Assembly (NCBI GenBank): GCA_944392105.1
Contig: CALXVM010000001.1
Span: 110,514-174,513 of the forward strand
Reading direction: 5' to 3'
Source: an uncultured Clostridia bacterium
Lineage (GTDB): Bacteria; Bacillota; Clostridia; TANB77; CAG-508
Length of the DNA stretch: 64,000 bases
Both the position numbers and the translations under genes were made by a program. Below the pieces are notes generated by a model. It was not told the DNA's origin. It worked only from the letters and a program-made list of their open reading frames with translations, and did no database searches. Shown one piece after another: positions 60,276 to 64,000 of the stretch (the first letter of the stretch is position 1; the number at the start of each line of letters is the position of its first letter).

Positions 60276-60614
60276 ATGAGTGCAATAGATAGGTTATATA
60301 AAAAATCAAACTATACAATTCAAAAAAGTATAAATTTAGAAGATGGATTATATACGAGATTAAAAGAAATAGTAGATAAAGACTATGACGCAACAATTAG
60401 CGATATGATAAATGTTTGTATTGAAGATTTACTATCTGCTGGAAATGTAAAATATTATGCTAAGCCAGAAGATGAAATAACAATTTATAGGAGTGTAATG
60501 ATTAGAAAAGAAAATGTAGAAGCATTGAACAAAATAACACAAGAAACGGGAATTTCCCTAACAAGATTAGTAAATATAGCAATGAAAGAATTTTTAGATA
60601 AATATAAAAAATAA
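60276..60614 (+). CDS. Hypothetical 112-aa protein, paralog B (MSAIDRLY...)
   Basis: GGAGGTG site. Paralog of the protein at 59052-59396. Confidence 0.5.
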   Translation: MSAIDRLYKKSNYTIQKSINLEDGLYTRLKEIVDKDYDATISDMINVCIEDLLSAGNVKYYAKPEDEITIYRSVMIRKENVEALNKITQETGISLTRLVNIAMKEFLDKYKK

Positions 60615-60791
60615 AATGTAGAAGATTATCATAAGAATTGATAATCTTTTATTTTTATGATATTATTCTTTTAGAATAATAATAAGTTGTTGCTGAGATT
60701 GTGTTTCTAAATATTGTAAAAATGCAAATAGAAAATACATAAACTGAAAGATTATAGACATTTAAATTTATTGTGTGTATTACAAAAAATG

Positions 60792-60820
60792 TTGATTTTA
60801 ATGAAAGAACATGGTAAAAT
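60792..60820 (+). promoter_or_regulatory. SigA promoter TTGATT, 17 nt, TG-n-TAAAAT driving the HAD/rSAM/SDR/rSAM operon
   Basis: -35 at 60792-60797; extended -10 at 60812-60820. Confidence 0.55.
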
Positions 60821-60857
60821 ACTATTTGTAAATTAATGTATACGAGGAGGTTGTCTA

Positions 60858-61607
60858 ATGAAAGATTTTTTAAAGAAAAAATTAGCTGATTTAGATTTGG
60901 TTATTTTTGATTTAGACGGTACTTTAATTGATTCAAATGGTACACATAATTATTTGGATATCGAATTAGCTCGCTCACTTGGAGAAAATAAAAGTTCAGA
61001 AGAAATCTTACAAGAAAGAGATGAGTTTATAAAAAATAATAGTACAGGCGATATATACTTAAATTATTGTGAGTATTTAAAAACAAAATATAATTCTGTT
61101 TTATCGGGAAAAGAAATTTTACAATTTCGAAGAAATTTATCAAAAAAAATTTCAAAAGATATTAAATATAAACCAGATGCAGACAAGATTATAAAATATT
61201 TAAAAAATCAAAATATAAAACTTGCTTTGGGCACAGTTTCAAGAAAAGAAACCATAGATATTTATATCAATGAAAATGAAAATATCAAAAATAAATGTAA
61301 TATTAAAGATTATTTTGACCTAATAGTAACTAAAGACGATGTAAAATTTAAAAAACCTAATCCAGAAGTTTATAATAAAATAATTGAAATTTTTCAAATA
61401 AATGACTTATCAAGATGTATTGTTATAGAAGATTCATTAACAGGTGTTCTTGCGGCAAAAAATGCTAATCTTGATGTTATAGTTATTTATGATGAATATT
61501 CTGATAAAGATAGAGAAAAAATAAATGAACTTGCAGATTATAGAATTTCAAATTTTAAAGAATTAATAAATTTGTTTGAAGAAAGTAAAAAGAGAGGAGA
61601 AAATTAA
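60858..61607 (+). CDS. HAD-superfamily hydrolase (beta-phosphoglucomutase-like, subfamily IA)
   Basis: LVIFDLDGTLIDS...; GAGG site. Confidence 0.7.
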   Translation: MKDFLKKKLADLDLVIFDLDGTLIDSNGTHNYLDIELARSLGENKSSEEILQERDEFIKNNSTGDIYLNYCEYLKTKYNSVLSGKEILQFRRNLSKKISKDIKYKPDADKIIKYLKNQNIKLALGTVSRKETIDIYINENENIKNKCNIKDYFDLIVTKDDVKFKKPNPEVYNKIIEIFQINDLSRCIVIEDSLTGVLAAKNANLDVIVIYDEYSDKDREKINELADYRISNFKELINLFEESKKRGEN

Positions 61608-62598
61608 AATGAGTTCACCATGTGTATTTAGAAAAAGAGAAACCAGCAATTATTTAGCATTTATTGAAATAACAAATAATTGCAACATGAAATGTAAACA
61701 TTGTATGAATTGGTCTGTTGAAAATTCAAACGAGGGTTTTGAAAAAGAAAATATACTAAAGTTAATAAAAGATCTATATGATAATAACACAGAGGAAATA
61801 TATATATCTGGAGGAGAACCTTTATTATATCCATATATTGATGAAGCAATTTTATATGCTAATTCATTAGGAATAAAAGTAACTCTTGCAACTAATGCTC
61901 TTGAAATTGCTAATCATTTAGAAACAATAAAAAAGGGTGTTCAATTAGTATCAATTAGTTTAGATGGTATAGGAGAAACACATGATAATTTTAGAGGTGT
62001 TCCAGGAGCATTTGACAATTGTATAAAAATGTTTAAATTATTGAAGCAAAATAACATAAAAACAAGAATAAGTGCTATGATTTGGAAAGAAAATGTTGAG
62101 CAATTAGATGAAATGATTTCTCTTGCGAAATCTTGTGGAGTTTCTAAAGTTAATTTGGCATTTTTAATACCTGAAGGAAGAGCAAAGACAGATGATACTA
62201 TCAAACTACCTATTGAAATGTATAAAGAAATAGTTGATAAGGTAGCTGAGTTAAGACAAAAATATAAATCAGAAAATTTTGACGTAGAAATTAGAAGAAA
62301 TAATTTATTAGATGAAAATAGTATAGATTGTCCAGGAGGAAGAAACCTAATACATATAAATGTAAATGGAAAAGTATCACCTTGTTCATGGATTGCAAAA
62401 CTGGATAAAGATGATGAATTTTCTGCATATTGGCCAGAAAGTAGTATTAAACAATGTATAGATAAGTTTAGTGGTTTTGAAAAATTATTAAAATTAAGAA
62501 AAGAAAAATATGGATATTGTGGATGTATTGCTTTATCTAAAATTTATAATGGGAATTTTACTGATATAGATCCATTAAATAGTTTTTTGGAGATGTAG
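61608..62598 (+). CDS. Radical SAM enzyme with a Cys-rich C-terminus (SPASM/twitch-like)
   Basis: CNMKCKHC (CxxxCxxC) near the N-terminus; C-terminal CPGG...C..W...YGYCGC. AGAGGAG site; the ATG abuts the HAD stop codon. Confidence 0.75.
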
Positions 62599-63343
62599 AT
62601 GAATATGAATAAACATGCAATAATAACTGGTGTATCGTCAGGAATAGGTGAATGTATAGCTAATTACTTTATAGAAGAAGGCATATATGTTTTTGGAATT
62701 GATGAGAAGATTTCTAATAATAATAAAATAGAATTTTTTAATTGTGATATTAGAAATGAAGAAAAAATAATTGAAATAATCAATAATATAAAAGAAAAAA
62801 CAGATAGTATTGATTATTTGATAAATTCCGCTGGTATATTTTGCTATCAACGGAAGAGATTTAATTGAAAATCTTTCAAAGGAAGAATGGCAAAATGTTA
62901 TTGATGTTAATTTAACAGGTACTTTTTTGATAACAAAATATTCTATACCATTATTAAAAAATTCTAGCAATGGAAATATAATAAATTTTAGTTCGGAACA
63001 AGTGGTTTTACCACAAACTAAAAGTGCACCATATGCAATAACTAAAGCAGGAATTGAGATGTTTTCTAAGATACTTGCGTTTGAATTAATGGATAATAAA
63101 ATAAGAGTTAATACGATATCATTAGCTTCTGTAAAAACTAATTTCTTGAAAAGATATAAAAAAGATGATGATATAATAAATGAAATGATGAAAAAAACTG
63201 ACAAAAACATGCCTTTTGGAATTATAAAACCATATGATGTATATGAATTAGTTAAGTATTTGATTAAAGAAGATAACAAAATAACAGGTCAAACTATTCT
63301 TATGGATAGTGGGGTTGTTTTAGATATTAATAAGAAAAAGTAA
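62599..63343 (+). pseudogene. Short-chain dehydrogenase/reductase (SDR), interrupted by a +1 frameshift in a T4 tract at 62839-62842
   Basis: N-terminal TGVSSGIG (Rossmann) ... NSAGIF, then the frame shifts to ...SAPYAITKAG (YxxxK). One fewer T restores a single ORF. Confidence 0.65.
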
Positions 63344-63355
63344 GAGGAGAAATTT

Positions 63356-64000
63356 ATGAAGAAAATAGAATTTGATATAAATGAAAATAATAAACTATAT
63401 TTCCTTCCTGAATATAATAGATTTGCTTTAAATAAGATTGAGTCTGAAATAGAACCAGATTATTATGATACTTCATTAGTAAAATTAAGATTAGAAATTT
63501 CACATATGTGCAATGGAAGATGTAAATATTGTTTAGTGTTTGGAAATAATGTGGAAAATTTTGATACAATAGATATAAAAGAATTTTGGAAAGAATTTAG
63601 TAATAAAGACTGGTTTAAAAATTTAAAAAGTATATTTATTATTGGAGGAGAGCCATTACTTTTTTTTGATGAAATAAGTTTTATTTTAGATAATTTTAAT
63701 GGAAGGGTAAGTTTTTCAACAAATGGAACTTTATTAACAGAAGATATGGTTAAAAAGTTTTCAAAATCAAATGTTTCCGTATATATTTCATTAGATGGTC
63801 CAGCATTTGAAGATAATATTAATAGAGTTTATACAAATGGTGAATATATGTATCCAGATATTATAAAAGGAATTAATTTACTACAACAATATAATGTAAA
63901 ATTTGGAATATTTATGGTAGCAAGTAAAGAAACAATACATAAAGCTAAAGATATGATTTTAGAATTAGATGAAAAATATTCTCCATCTAGAATTGGATAT
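63356..64000 (+). CDS. Second radical SAM enzyme (partial; continues beyond the window)
   Basis: CNGRCKYC (CxxxCxxC); AGAGGAG site. Confidence 0.7.
   Translation, partial: MKKIEFDINENNKLYFLPEYNRFALNKIESEIEPDYYDTSLVKLRLEISHMCNGRCKYCLVFGNNVENFDTIDIKEFWKEFSNKDWFKNLKSIFIIGGEPLLFFDEISFILDNFNGRVSFSTNGTLLTEDMVKKFSKSNVSVYISLDGPAFEDNINRVYTNGEYMYPDIIKGINLLQQYNVKFGIFMVASKETIHKAKDMILELDEKYSPSRIGY

Larger units (their letters stand above)
55530..64000. mobile_element. tRNA-Phe-associated integrative island: integrase, excisionase-like protein, HTH regulator and a cargo operon. The far boundary is not in the window.
   Basis: A tyrosine integrase sits directly 3' of tRNA-Phe with tRNA-like att remnants; an Xis-like gene and regulator follow; the distal att site was not found inside the window. 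Confidence 0.65.

Overview
This is a 64-kb chromosomal window from a low-GC Firmicute that looks like Clostridium (host GC about 28%, strong AGGAGG ribosome-binding sites, many sporulation genes). It holds mostly core genes plus several accessory regions, and the candidate undescribed system is a cargo operon of two radical SAM enzymes, an SDR and a HAD hydrolase on an integrase island after tRNA-Phe. Recognisable core genes: a glycosyltransferase tail plus acyltransferase, an alpha/beta-type SASP, the ctsR-mcsA-mcsB-clpC operon with its CtsR operator, scpB, proS, trmB, an MscS channel, an OmpR/histidine-kinase pair followed by an ABC transporter, the sporulation cluster yabG-veg-sipL-like-yunB, rplM-rpsI, infC (AUU start)-rpmI-rplT with an L20 leader, spoVAC-spoVAD-spoVAE, a T-box leader with pheS-pheT, efp, ctpA, and a tRNA cluster (Val, Asp, Phe). 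Accessory and unusual content: (1) two compositionally foreign, GC-rich (about 45-50%) single-gene inserts at about 9.04-10.33 kb and 22.05-22.52 kb. (2) An integrase/excisionase/regulator island starting right after tRNA-Phe (about 55.5 kb) that runs to the window end; its cargo includes two paralogous small proteins and an operon encoding a HAD hydrolase, a radical SAM enzyme, an SDR and a second radical SAM enzyme. (3) A locus with the architecture of an Fst-like type I toxin-antitoxin pair (a 36-aa hydrophobic peptide with a convergent small RNA) next to the rplM promoter. (4) Two related families of hairpin-forming intergenic repeats that sit exactly at the 3' ends of genes. (5) Four, possibly five, frameshifts located in homopolymer tracts. 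All functional calls come from reading the translated ORFs and sequence motifs by eye; no database search was possible.
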